A DNA stretch of 64,000 nucleotides from Myxococcota bacterium (lineage in GTDB: Bacteria; Myxococcota_A; UBA9042; PHBI01; JAWLBL01). A model generated the notes under the pieces. The model was not told the DNA's origin. It did no database searches and saw nothing but the letters and a program-made list of their open reading frames with translations. This document shows positions 9,833-18,630 of this stretch, in pieces (position 1 is the first letter of the stretch; every line of letters begins with the position of its first letter). The DNA lies in NCBI GenBank assembly GCA_041687695.1, contig JAWLBL010000030.1, positions 40,123 to 104,122 of the forward strand, read 5' to 3'. The position numbers and the translations under genes are program-made.

Positions 9833-11526
9833 TGACCTCTCCTCCACGTGACCGTCGTCGCGAACCCGGGCGCCTGCTCCTCGCTCGGCTGAGTCGCCAG
9901 CAGGACCGCCGTCACGCCCCCGGCGACCCCCGCGCCCACGGCCCACACCCACCAGTTCTCGTACCACCGCTTGTCGCCGTCGTCAGGTTGCTTCACCTGC
10001 CACGGCAGCTCGTCCGGGCGGCCGTAGTTGCCGAGGCCCCCGCGGCCGTCGTCGACCGGCGGGCGCTTGACCACCGAGTCGGCCGGGCGCGGCTCGACCC
10101 GCACGACGGGCTCGGGCTTGGGCTGGGGCCGGGGCTCGACCTTGGCGACCGGCACGGGCTTGGGCTCGACCTTGGCGACCGGCTCGGGCTTGGGCTCGAC
10201 CTTGGCGACCGGCTCGGGCTTGGGCTCGACCTTGGCGACCGGCACGGGCTTGGGCTCGACCTTGGCGACCGGCTCGGGCTTGGGCTCGACCTTGACCACC
10301 ACGGGGGCCGGCTTCTCGTAGATCTTGCTGGTCCCCGCCACGACGCGGCTGCGCGGGAAGACCACCAGCGACTGCGCGACCCGCTCCTCGAGCGAGAGCA
10401 GCGCCACCTGCATGTTGCTCAGCTCGCTGTCGAGCTGCACCCACTCGAGCTCGGCCACCTGCTTGATGCTGGGCTCGTACAGGAACGTCGCCAGCTCGTA
10501 CCCGCCGCCCGCCGGCGCGCGCCGGATGAAGGTCAGCACGATCGCGTCCAGCCGATGCGCCTCGGCGATGGCCCCCGCGTTGGCCAGGAAGGCCGCGTCC
10601 AGCTGCCCGCTCGCCACCGCCGCCTCGAGCGCCTTCGGATCGATGGACGCCGCCGGCCGCGCCACGACCGCGTTCGCGTCCGGCTTGAGCCGCGTGGTCA
10701 CCGCCTGGTCCTTGGCCGACGCCGTGACCACCTTGGCCCACGGCTTGTGCCCGTCCTTGACCACCCGGACCACGTGCTTGCCGCGCGACAGCCCGTCGAT
10801 GGTCACCGGCGTCTGCCCCTTCGGCACGCCGTCCAGGTACACGTCGGCGCCCTCGGGCTGGCTCGTCACCTCGACCTTGCCCAGCTCGGCCGCCCCGTAG
10901 ATCGCCTTGAGCCGCGCCAGCGCCTGGATCGCCGCCGCAGGCACCTTGCGCTTGTCGAGCACGATGTCCGGCCGCAGCACCAGCACGCGCCCCAGCGCGT
11001 CCTCGCCGTTGTCGTCGTACTCCGCCAGGAAGTAGCTCAAGGCCACCCCCAGCGCCGCGTCCACGTACTTGTCGAAGTCGACCAGATCGTCGAAGCCCTT
11101 CTCGTACAGGCCCATCGCCGACTTGAAGCCCTTCACCGCCTCCAGGTACTTGCCCTTGCCGGCCAGCTCCTTGGCGTCCCACAGGGCCTTGTCGGCCTTG
11201 ACCAGCGTCGGGTTGGTCTCGACCGGCTTCTTCTCGGGCGGCGGCGGTCCGCCCGCCAGATCCGCCGGCGTGACCACCTTCACGCGCGCGTTCATGTCCA
11301 GGATCGTGTGCAGGTACTCCTGCACACGCCCCGGCACCACGCTCGATACGCTCTCGGCCCGCTGCAGCGGCACCAGCAGCACCCGCGCCGGCTCACCCTC
11401 GGCGGCCACCGCCATCCGCGGCGCCATCGGCGTCACCAGCGCCACCGCCAGGGTCACCGCCAGCGCGCGCCGCCACGGGCTGTGGCGCTTGCCGGCGGGT
11501 CGGGTCGTCGTGGTCGTGCCTCTCAT
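9829..11526 (-). CDS. PEGA-domain protein with TPR-like helices, Pro/Lys-rich linker and C-terminal hydrophobic segment
   Basis: ATG preceded by GGAG. Signal peptide. PEGA motif VTSQPEGADVYLDG...GQTP...GKHVVRVVKDGH. VAKVEPKPEP repeats. WYENWWVW followed by a TM-like segment. Confidence 0.85.
   Translation of the reverse strand: MRGTTTTTRPAGKRHSPWRRALAVTLAVALVTPMAPRMAVAAEGEPARVLLVPLQRAESVSSVVPGRVQEYLHTILDMNARVKVVTPADLAGGPPPPEKKPVETNPTLVKADKALWDAKELAGKGKYLEAVKGFKSAMGLYEKGFDDLVDFDKYVDAALGVALSYFLAEYDDNGEDALGRVLVLRPDIVLDKRKVPAAAIQALARLKAIYGAAELGKVEVTSQPEGADVYLDGVPKGQTPVTIDGLSRGKHVVRVVKDGHKPWAKVVTASAKDQAVTTRLKPDANAVVARPAASIDPKALEAAVASGQLDAAFLANAGAIAEAHRLDAIVLTFIRRAPAGGGYELATFLYEPSIKQVAELEWVQLDSELSNMQVALLSLEERVAQSLVVFPRSRVVAGTSKIYEKPAPVVVKVEPKPEPVAKVEPKPVPVAKVEPKPEPVAKVEPKPEPVAKVEPKPVPVAKVEPRPQPKPEPVVRVEPRPADSVVKRPPVDDGRGGLGNYGRPDELPWQVKQPDDGDKRWYENWWVWAVGAGVAGGVTAVLLATQPSEEQAPGFATTVTWRRGQ
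10132..10294. repeat. Intragenic 30-bp tandem repeat (5 copies plus a partial) encoding VAKVEPKP(E/V)P
   Basis: Unit gggctcgaccttggcgaccggc[a/t]cgggctt repeated head to tail with no spacers. Confidence 0.95.
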
Positions 11527-11637
11527 GGCTCCCCCCATGCTGCGGTCTCCGCCGATTGCCTCGGCCGGCCCGTTCGTGCCATGAACCGGGCCGAACACCT
11601 CCGCGGGACTCCCGCTCCGACGGCGTCGAGCCTCGCA

Positions 11638-11667
11638 GAGGTACCCCCAACGGCCCATCCAAGTCAA
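11638..11667 (-). promoter_or_regulatory. Candidate sigma70-like promoter for the PEGA/kelch genes
   Basis: TTGACT-N18-TACCTC on the minus strand upstream of 11526. Confidence 0.35.
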
Positions 11668-11671
11668 TTCG

Positions 11672-12781
11672 TTGCAGAATCCGCAACATCCGGGGCCCGC
11701 CCCGGCGCCCGGCCTCCGCCGCGAGATCACCGCCGCCCTGACGCTCCTGTTCGCGGCCACCGGGCTCATCGCCCTGGTCAGCCTGGCCCTGCCGTGGCTG
11801 CGCGGATACCAGCAGGCCCTGCTCGCCGTGGCCCTGTTCGTCGTCCCCACGGCCGTGCTGCGCCGCACAGCGACCCGCATCGACGACCTCGGCGTCGATC
11901 TCGGCCCCTGGACCCGCACGGCCGCGCTCTCGGCCGCCGCCGTCGCCATCGTCTTCCCGCTCTTCATCGCCGGTCACCACCTCGTCCAGACCCAGCTCCT
12001 CGGTCGCACCTTCCGCCCCGACCCCGACGCGCTCATGCGCTGGGGCGACGGCCGTGACCAGCCGCCCCCGAGGCCGTGCGCCGACGCCCCCGGCGCCCCC
12101 ACCGTGGCCTGGTTCGGCGGGGGCGGCCTCTGGGTCGTCGGGCCCTCCGATGGGACGCTCGCCGTCACCGTCCGATCTCCCGACGACGTCATCGCCGCCC
12201 GGACCGTGACCTGCCGCGGCCCCGACGTCCCCGCCACCAGCCGCGTCGTCCGCCCCGGCCCCGACGGCCGCCTGGTCGCCGACGGCGCCCGCGGCCTGTG
12301 GATCCCGCTGGGCGACGCCCGCGATCTCGACGTCCGCGTCACCCTCGACGACCGCCCCGTCCCGGCCGCCGACCTGCGCTTGGGCGAGATCGCCGAGCGC
12401 GCCGACGCCGACGGCCACCTGACCGGCTCACGCGACCTCTGGTGGCTGCTGGGCTTCCTGGTCATCCACCTGGGTCTGGTCGCCCTGCCCGAGGAGTGGT
12501 TCTTCCGCGGCTACCTGCAGACCCGCCTCGACCAATGGCTCGGCACGCCCTGGCGCCTCATGGGCGCCTCCGTCGGCCCGGGGCTCCTCTTCGCCTCGCT
12601 GGCCTTCGCCCTGCTGCACCCGATCCTCATCCCCGGGCCGCACCGCCTGCTGGTCTTCTTCCCCAGCCTGCTCTTCGGCTGGCTGCGCGCCCGCGGCGGC
12701 AACATCGGCCCGGCGGTCGTCGTCCACGCCCTCGCGAACCTGCTGCAGGCCGTGGTCAGCCCGCTCTACGTCTCGGCCTGA
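11672..12781 (+). CDS. CPBP (CAAX/Rce1-like) intramembrane glutamic protease, myxosortase-like, with a soluble insertion
   Basis: EEWFFRGYLQ, FALLH, VFFPSLLFGWLR and HALAN motifs. Multiple TM helices. Start codon (TTG) uncertain. Confidence 0.85.
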   Translation: MQNPQHPGPAPAPGLRREITAALTLLFAATGLIALVSLALPWLRGYQQALLAVALFVVPTAVLRRTATRIDDLGVDLGPWTRTAALSAAAVAIVFPLFIAGHHLVQTQLLGRTFRPDPDALMRWGDGRDQPPPRPCADAPGAPTVAWFGGGGLWVVGPSDGTLAVTVRSPDDVIAARTVTCRGPDVPATSRVVRPGPDGRLVADGARGLWIPLGDARDLDVRVTLDDRPVPAADLRLGEIAERADADGHLTGSRDLWWLLGFLVIHLGLVALPEEWFFRGYLQTRLDQWLGTPWRLMGASVGPGLLFASLAFALLHPILIPGPHRLLVFFPSLLFGWLRARGGNIGPAVVVHALANLLQAVVSPLYVSA

Positions 12782-13716
12782 ACCCGCGCCCCGCCCGGAT
12801 CGACCGCCCCGACCAGCCGCAGGCTCCCGTGCCCCGCCGCCGCGAAGGCCGCCACCATCGCGTCCGCCGCCGCCTCGGCCACCGCGCGCGCGCCCGCCAG
12901 CGCGAACACCGTCGGCCCCGACCCCGAGATCCCGCCGCCGACCGCCCCGGCCGCCACCGCCGCGGCCAGCGCCTGGTCGTACGCCGGGATGAGCCCCTTG
13001 CGGTACGGCGTCGCCAGCCGGTCCTCGAGGCACCGCCCGACCAGCGCCAGGTCGCCCTTGGCCAGCCCGGCCACCAGCCCGGCCGTCGCCCCTACGTTGG
13101 CGATGGCGTCCCCCAGCCCCACCTCGCGCGGCAGCACCCGCCGCGCGTCGGCCGTGCGCACCTCGACGTCCGGCTTGACCGTCGCCACGAACAGCGGCGC
13201 CGCGCAGGGCAGGGTGACCACCTCGATCGCGCCGCCGGCCCTCGGCAGGCAGGCCACGATCCCACCCAACAGCGCCGGCGCCACGTTGTCCGGATGCGGC
13301 GACCCCGTCGCCAGCCGCTCGCCCTCGCGGCAGGCGTCCAGCAGCGCCGCTCGCGGCACCTCCGGGCACGCCAGCGCCGCCGTCGCCACCACCGCCGCCA
13401 CCGCCGACGCGGCCGAGCTGCCCAGCCCCGACCCCAGCGGCAGCCCCTTGGTCAGCCACAGCCGCACCCCGGTGCGCCCGTCACCGAAGGCGTCCAGCAC
13501 GGCCTGCGCCGCCACGGTCGCGCAGTTGCGGTGCGACGCGCGCGGCAGGCGCCCGCCGTCGCCCTCGACCCCGCCCAGGGTCGCCCGCCCGTCGGCCGTC
13601 GCCTCGGCCACGACGACGTCGCGCGGCCCCTCGAGGCACAGCCCCAGCACGTCGAAGCCCGGCCCCAGGTTGGCGACCGTCGCCGCCGCCGACGCCCGCA
13701 CGCGCCGGCCCGTCAC
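12766..13716 (-). CDS. thrB: Homoserine kinase
   Basis: ATVANLGPGFDVLG, PLGSGLGSSAA, HPDNVAP and ISGSGPT motifs. GTG start overlaps the upstream stop. Confidence 0.95.
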   Translation of the reverse strand: MTGRRVRASAAATVANLGPGFDVLGLCLEGPRDVVVAEATADGRATLGGVEGDGGRLPRASHRNCATVAAQAVLDAFGDGRTGVRLWLTKGLPLGSGLGSSAASAVAAVVATAALACPEVPRAALLDACREGERLATGSPHPDNVAPALLGGIVACLPRAGGAIEVVTLPCAAPLFVATVKPDVEVRTADARRVLPREVGLGDAIANVGATAGLVAGLAKGDLALVGRCLEDRLATPYRKGLIPAYDQALAAAVAAGAVGGGISGSGPTVFALAGARAVAEAAADAMVAAFAAAGHGSLRLVGAVDPGGARVQAET

Positions 13717-14060
13717 GACAGGTCCTCCAGCCCCGGCAGATCGCTCGGCGCGACCACGACCCTGCCGTCGGGGCCGGCGTTCTCGAGCACCAACACCTCC
13801 TGCCCGCGCACCATCGGCTCGGCGGCCTCGTCGAGCCGCGCCGGCAGGACGCGCGTCACTCCGGCCCGGTCGGTCAGGCGCACCCGCCCGTCCGCCTCGT
13901 CCAGCCGGTCGCTGGCGACGACGCCCGTGCACCCGGCCACGTCCTGCGCCAGCAGCGCCTGGGTGCGCTGGTCGCCCTCGACGCGCGTCTGGCGGCTGCG
14001 CCAGAACAGGTAGACGCCCACGACCAGCGCGATGACGACGATGAGCTCGACGATCCCCAT
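13713..14060 (-). CDS. Small membrane-anchored protein, possibly NfeD/OB-fold-like
   Basis: N-terminal TM helix followed by a beta-rich domain (GRVRL...GQEVLVLE). Translationally coupled to thrB. Confidence 0.6.
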   Translation of the reverse strand: MGIVELIVVIALVVGVYLFWRSRQTRVEGDQRTQALLAQDVAGCTGVVASDRLDEADGRVRLTDRAGVTRVLPARLDEAAEPMVRGQEVLVLENAGPDGRVVVAPSDLPGLEDLS

Positions 14061-14100
14061 GACCGGGGACGATCCGTGAGATCGCGGGCCGTGTCCATAG

Positions 14101-14130
14101 TTGACACCGCCCGAGCCACCTAAGTATACG
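14101..14130 (+). promoter_or_regulatory. Candidate sigma70-like promoter of the GT2-deacetylase operon
   Basis: TTGACA-N18-TATACG, ending about 40 nt before the GTG at 14168. Confidence 0.5.
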
Positions 14131-14167
14131 GGCGCACCCCCCGGCCCCCCGACGTCAGGAGCGCGCC

Positions 14168-14902
14168 GTGTCCCAGCAGCCCGATCAGCCCGTCGCCTCG
14201 ATCGTCATCCCGGTCTACAACGAAGAGGCCCTGCTCGAGACCGCCATCAACGACCTCGTCGTGCGCCTCGGCGAGCAGCTGCCCGAGCTGACCTACGAGA
14301 TCCTCATCACCGAGAACGGCTCGACCGACGACACGCTCGAGATCGCCTACCGCCTCGAGCGGCAGTACGACACCGTCCGCGTCCTGCACAGCCCGGAGCC
14401 GAACTACGGGCGCGCCCTGCGCCGCGGCATGCTCGAGGCGCGCGGCACCTACGTCCTGTGCGACGAGATCGACATCTGCGACGTCGACTTCCACAAGCGC
14501 GCCCTCAGCATCCTCACCGCCAACCAGGCGGACATGGTGGTCGGCTCCAAGGCCCACAAGGACGCCCAGGACCAGCGCCCGCTCGTGCGCCGCGCCGGCA
14601 CCATGGTCATCAACGGCATGCTGCGCGTGGCCCTGGGCTTCCAGGGCACCGACACCCACGGCCTCAAGGCCTTCCACCGCGAGCGCCTGCTCCCGGTCGT
14701 CAGCCGCTGCATCGTCGACAAGGATCTCTTCACCAGCGAGTTCGTGATCCGCGCCGAGCGGGACAAGTACCGCATCCTCGAGATCCCCATCGTCATCCAC
14801 GAAAAGCGCCCGCCCAGCATCAACCTCGCCAAGCGCGTCCCGCACGTCTTGAAGAGCCTGGCGCGCCTGACCTGGGCCATCCGCTTCAAGGGCCAGGGCT
14901 GA
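14168..14902 (+). CDS. Glycosyltransferase family 2 (Dpm1/ALG5-like)
   Basis: SIVIPVYNEE, ENGSTDDT, YGRALRRG, DEID (DXD-like), DTHGLKAF. AGGAG RBS. Confidence 0.9.
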   Translation: MSQQPDQPVASIVIPVYNEEALLETAINDLVVRLGEQLPELTYEILITENGSTDDTLEIAYRLERQYDTVRVLHSPEPNYGRALRRGMLEARGTYVLCDEIDICDVDFHKRALSILTANQADMVVGSKAHKDAQDQRPLVRRAGTMVINGMLRVALGFQGTDTHGLKAFHRERLLPVVSRCIVDKDLFTSEFVIRAERDKYRILEIPIVIHEKRPPSINLAKRVPHVLKSLARLTWAIRFKGQG

Positions 14903-14906
14903 GGCC

Positions 14907-15809
14907 GTGTCCTGGCGCGCCGCCGCGGTCAACGTCGACGTCGACAGCCTGTACCTGTACTACCGGCTGCACGGGCTCGACGAGGCGCGCGCCACCAACG
15001 CCGTCTGGGAGCGCGGGGTCACCCGCTTCGCCGAGCTGTTCGCCGAGCTGGGCGTCAAGGCGACCTTCTTCGTGGTCGCCGCCGACCTCGAGCGCTGGCC
15101 CGCCGCCGCCTCCCTGGCCCGCCAGCTGGCCGCCGACGGCCACGAGCTGGCCAGCCACACCTGGTCGCACCCCTACGCCCTGACCCGCCTCGACCGCGCC
15201 GGTGTCGCCGAAGAGGTCGACAAGGCCGCGGCCGCGCTCGCCGAGGTCCGCGGCACGCCCATCACGGGCTTTCGCGCCCCCGGCTACAACATGACCGACG
15301 CCGTCTTCGACGTGCTCGGCGAGCGCGGCTACGCCTACAGCAGCTCGGTCTTCCCGTGCCCGCCCTACTACCTGGCCAAGCTGGCCGTGCTGGCCAAGAT
15401 GAAGGTCCTGGGCCAGACCAGCCAGGCCATCATGGGCGAGCCCAGCGTCCTGTGGGCGCCGCGCGGGCCGCACCGCCGCCGCGGCGTGCTCGAGCTGCCC
15501 ATCACCGTCCTACCCGGGCTGCGCTTGCCCTTCATCGGCACCAGCCTGCTGATGATGGGCCAGCGCGGCTACGGCCTGACCCGGCCATGGCTCGACCGGG
15601 TCGACTTCGTGAACCTCGAGTTCCACGGCATCGACCTGTGCGACCTGCAGGCCGACGGCATCGACCCGGCGCTGCTCAAGCAGCCCGATCTGCGGGTGCC
15701 GCTGGCCGACAAGCTGGCCCTGTTCCGGCGGGTCATCGGCGATCTGCGGGACGGCTGGGGCGTCCAGACGCTCGAGGCGCTGGCCCCCCGATACGCGGCC
15801 GCGGCATGA
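14907..15809 (+). CDS. Polysaccharide deacetylase (CE4/NodB family)
   Basis: VDVD, KATFFVV, GHELASHTWSH and GFRAPGY motifs. Confidence 0.9.
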   Translation: MSWRAAAVNVDVDSLYLYYRLHGLDEARATNAVWERGVTRFAELFAELGVKATFFVVAADLERWPAAASLARQLAADGHELASHTWSHPYALTRLDRAGVAEEVDKAAAALAEVRGTPITGFRAPGYNMTDAVFDVLGERGYAYSSSVFPCPPYYLAKLAVLAKMKVLGQTSQAIMGEPSVLWAPRGPHRRRGVLELPITVLPGLRLPFIGTSLLMMGQRGYGLTRPWLDRVDFVNLEFHGIDLCDLQADGIDPALLKQPDLRVPLADKLALFRRVIGDLRDGWGVQTLEALAPRYAAAA

Positions 15810-15936
15810 CCGGGGCCCCCGCGCGGACGGCCCGCCAGGTTGTCCTTTCGCATCGCGTTGTTATGACTGATGGCGAGCGCGTGGCCCCGTGGCCGCGTCC
15901 CCGTCCGCCCCAGCCTCACGCGAGCGCGAAGTCACC

Positions 15937-17517
15937 ATGAGAGCCAAGGCCCCCTCCGGCGGCCCCGAGCGGCGCCTGACCCGCCGCGAGCGCGACCGGG
16001 ACCGCGCCAAGCACCAGACCGCCGACCCGCAGGCCGTCCGCAAGCGCCTGCTCGCCGCCGAGACCGGCACCATCGTCCGCGACGCCCCGCTGCGCATCGG
16101 CCTCGCCTACCCGAACCCGTACCACACGGCGATGAGCTCGCTCGGCTACCAGGTCATCTACCGGATGATGAACGGCCGGCAGCCCATCTCGGCCGAGCGC
16201 GTGGTCCTGCCCGACGACGTCGCCCACCACCGCCAGCGCGGCTGGGCGCCCATCTCGCTCGAGACCGGCCGCCCGCTGGCCAGCTTCGACGTGCTGGCCT
16301 TCTCGGTCACCTGGGACCTCGACATCCTGGGCTTCTTCGATCTGCTCGACCTCGCCGGCGTCCCGCTGCTGCGCGAGCAGCGCGGCGACCACCACCCGCC
16401 CATCCTGCTGGGCGGCCCCATCACCGCCTCGAACGTCCTGCCCTTCGGGCCGTTCATCGACCTGGCGGTCATCGGCGACGGCGAGGTGGCCGTCTCGGCC
16501 CTGATGGATCTGCTCGAGACGGTGCGCGACCGCGACGAGCTGAAGCAGCGCGCGTCGGCCATCCCCGGCGTCTGGGTCCCCGAGCTCCACGGCGACGCCA
16601 TCCCGCCGACCCAGAAGGTCACCGTCGGCCACCTGCCCGCGGTCGGGCAGATCGTGACGCCGAACACCGAGCTGTCGAACATGTTCTTGCTCGAGGCCAG
16701 CCGCGGCTGCCCTCGCTTTTGTAAGTTCTGCGTGGTGCGTGCGCCCGAGAGCCCGATGCGCGAGCCCGAGCTGGACGAGGTCCTGAGCCACGTCCCCGAG
16801 CACGCGCCGCGCGTCGGCTTCGTGGGCGCGGCGGTCAGCGAGTGGGGCGGCATCCGCGAGGCGCTGCGCCGCGTGGTCGAGATGGGCAAGGGCGTGGGCG
16901 TGTCCAGCCTGCGCGCCGACCGCCTGGACGCCGACTTCGTGGGGCTGCTGGCGCGGGGCGGCTACCGGACCATGACGGTCGCCTCGGACGCGCCCAGCCA
17001 ACGCCTGCGCGGCAAGCTGGCCAAGGGCATCCGCACGCGGCACCTGGTCGAGGCGGCGCGGCTGGCCAAAGACGCCGGCATGACGCGCCTGAAGATGTAC
17101 GTCATCGTCGGCCTGCCCGACGAGCGCGACGAGGACATCGACGAGCTGATCGTGCTGAGCCAGGAGCTGAGCGAGATCCTGCCCGTCGCGCTGGGGCTGT
17201 CGCCGCTGGTGCCCAAGCTGCACACGCCGCTGGGCGACGCGCCCTTCGCCGGGGTCGCGGCCATCGACCACACCCTCAAGCGCCTCAAGCGAGAGCTGGG
17301 CGGCGTGGCCGAGGTGCGCTCCACGTCGGCCAAGTGGGCCTGGGTCGAGTACCGCATGAGCCAGGGCGCGCAGGACGCGGGCCTCGCGGCGCTCGAGGCC
17401 TGGGAGAACGGCGGCGGCTACCGCGCCTGGGAGAGCGCCCTGGGCGGCGCCGACGAGCGTGGCGCCCTCGACGCCGCGCGCCGGCACGCCCTGTGGGACG
17501 CCTCCGGCATGAAGTAG
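15937..17517 (+). CDS. Radical SAM protein with N-terminal B12-binding-like domain
   Basis: EASRGCPRFCKFC (CxxxCxxC), YPNPYHTAMSSLG, VIGDGE, SSLRAD, KMYVIVGLP. Confidence 0.9.
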   Translation: MRAKAPSGGPERRLTRRERDRDRAKHQTADPQAVRKRLLAAETGTIVRDAPLRIGLAYPNPYHTAMSSLGYQVIYRMMNGRQPISAERVVLPDDVAHHRQRGWAPISLETGRPLASFDVLAFSVTWDLDILGFFDLLDLAGVPLLREQRGDHHPPILLGGPITASNVLPFGPFIDLAVIGDGEVAVSALMDLLETVRDRDELKQRASAIPGVWVPELHGDAIPPTQKVTVGHLPAVGQIVTPNTELSNMFLLEASRGCPRFCKFCVVRAPESPMREPELDEVLSHVPEHAPRVGFVGAAVSEWGGIREALRRVVEMGKGVGVSSLRADRLDADFVGLLARGGYRTMTVASDAPSQRLRGKLAKGIRTRHLVEAARLAKDAGMTRLKMYVIVGLPDERDEDIDELIVLSQELSEILPVALGLSPLVPKLHTPLGDAPFAGVAAIDHTLKRLKRELGGVAEVRSTSAKWAWVEYRMSQGAQDAGLAALEAWENGGGYRAWESALGGADERGALDAARRHALWDASGMK

Positions 17518-17523
17518 CTGGTC

Positions 17524-18627
17524 CTAGTCGGGCACCAGGCCCAGCAGCACGTCGTCCATGAAGCGCAGGCCCTCCTCGGTCAGCGTCGCCCGCGTCCCGT
17601 CCAGGACGACCCGCCCGCGCGCCGCCTCGCGCTCGAGCGCCTCGGCGAAGCGCGGCCAGTCCGCGCCCAGCTCGACCCCGTCGACCAGCGAGCGCAGGCC
17701 GGTCATCACCCGCTCGAAGGCCAGCGTCGCCTCGTCCAGCCGCTCGACCTCGGCCTCGGGCCGCGCGCCTGCCAGCGCCGCCTCGCGCCACCTGGCCGGC
17801 CGCGCGATGTTGCGCCAGCGCACCGGTGGCACGAAGCCGTGCGCGCCGGGGCCCAGCCCCAGGTACGGCCGCCACTGCCAATAGCCGCTGTTGTGCACCG
17901 CGCGGTGGCCCGGCTGGGCGTAGCTCGAGATCTCGTAGTGATCATAGCCGGCCCAGCGCAGCACGCGCCGCGCCGTGAACAGCATCTCGGCCTGCGCCGC
18001 GTCGTCGGGGACCACCACCCGCCCGCGCTCGACGAAGCGCGCCAGGGTGGTGCGCGGCTCGACCGTCAGCGCGTACACCGACAGGTGCGGCGCGCCCAGG
18101 CCGGCGATGCGCTCCAGATCGGCCTCCCACGCGGCCGGCGTCTGCCCCGGCAGCCCGAAGATGAAGTCCAGGCTGTAGGACCGGAAGCCGCCCTCCGCGA
18201 CCAGCGCGATGGCCTCCAGGGCGCGCTCGACGCCGTGCTGGCGCTCGATCCGCGTCAGCAGCTCGTCGTGCAGCGCCTGCACCCCCAGCGACACCCGGCT
18301 GATGCCCATCCGCCGCCACGCCGCCACCCGCTCGGCCGTCACCTCGGCCGGGTTGGCCTCCAGCGTGACCTCGGCGTCCGGCTCGAGCCCCGGCGCCCGC
18401 CGCACCGCCTCGACGACCCGCGCCAGCTCGTCCGGAGCCCACAGGCTGGGCGTGCCGCCCCCGAAGTACAGGCTGCGCGTTGGCGCCCCCAGATCCCCAG
18501 CCCGCGTCGCCAGCTCGGCCAGCAGCGCGTCCGTGAAGGCCCGCTGCGGGATGCGACGCGGCGTCACCACGTTGAAGTCGCAGTACGAGCAGTGGTGGAC
18601 GCAGTAGGGGAAGTGGACGTAGATCAT
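17524..18627 (-). CDS. hemW: Radical SAM heme chaperone HemW (HemN-like)
   Basis: YVHFPYCVHHCSYCDFN, YFGGGTPS, EANP, RVSLGVQ, YEISSYA, HNSGYW, GLGPGAHG. Confidence 0.92.
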   Translation of the reverse strand: MIYVHFPYCVHHCSYCDFNVVTPRRIPQRAFTDALLAELATRAGDLGAPTRSLYFGGGTPSLWAPDELARVVEAVRRAPGLEPDAEVTLEANPAEVTAERVAAWRRMGISRVSLGVQALHDELLTRIERQHGVERALEAIALVAEGGFRSYSLDFIFGLPGQTPAAWEADLERIAGLGAPHLSVYALTVEPRTTLARFVERGRVVVPDDAAQAEMLFTARRVLRWAGYDHYEISSYAQPGHRAVHNSGYWQWRPYLGLGPGAHGFVPPVRWRNIARPARWREAALAGARPEAEVERLDEATLAFERVMTGLRSLVDGVELGADWPRFAEALEREAARGRVVLDGTRATLTEEGLRFMDDVLLGLVPD

Positions 18628-18630
18628 CCG

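Noticed and set aside
10132..10294. 30-bp repeats as a possible CRISPR array
   Set aside because: No spacers, in-frame coding repeat, and no cas genes in the window.
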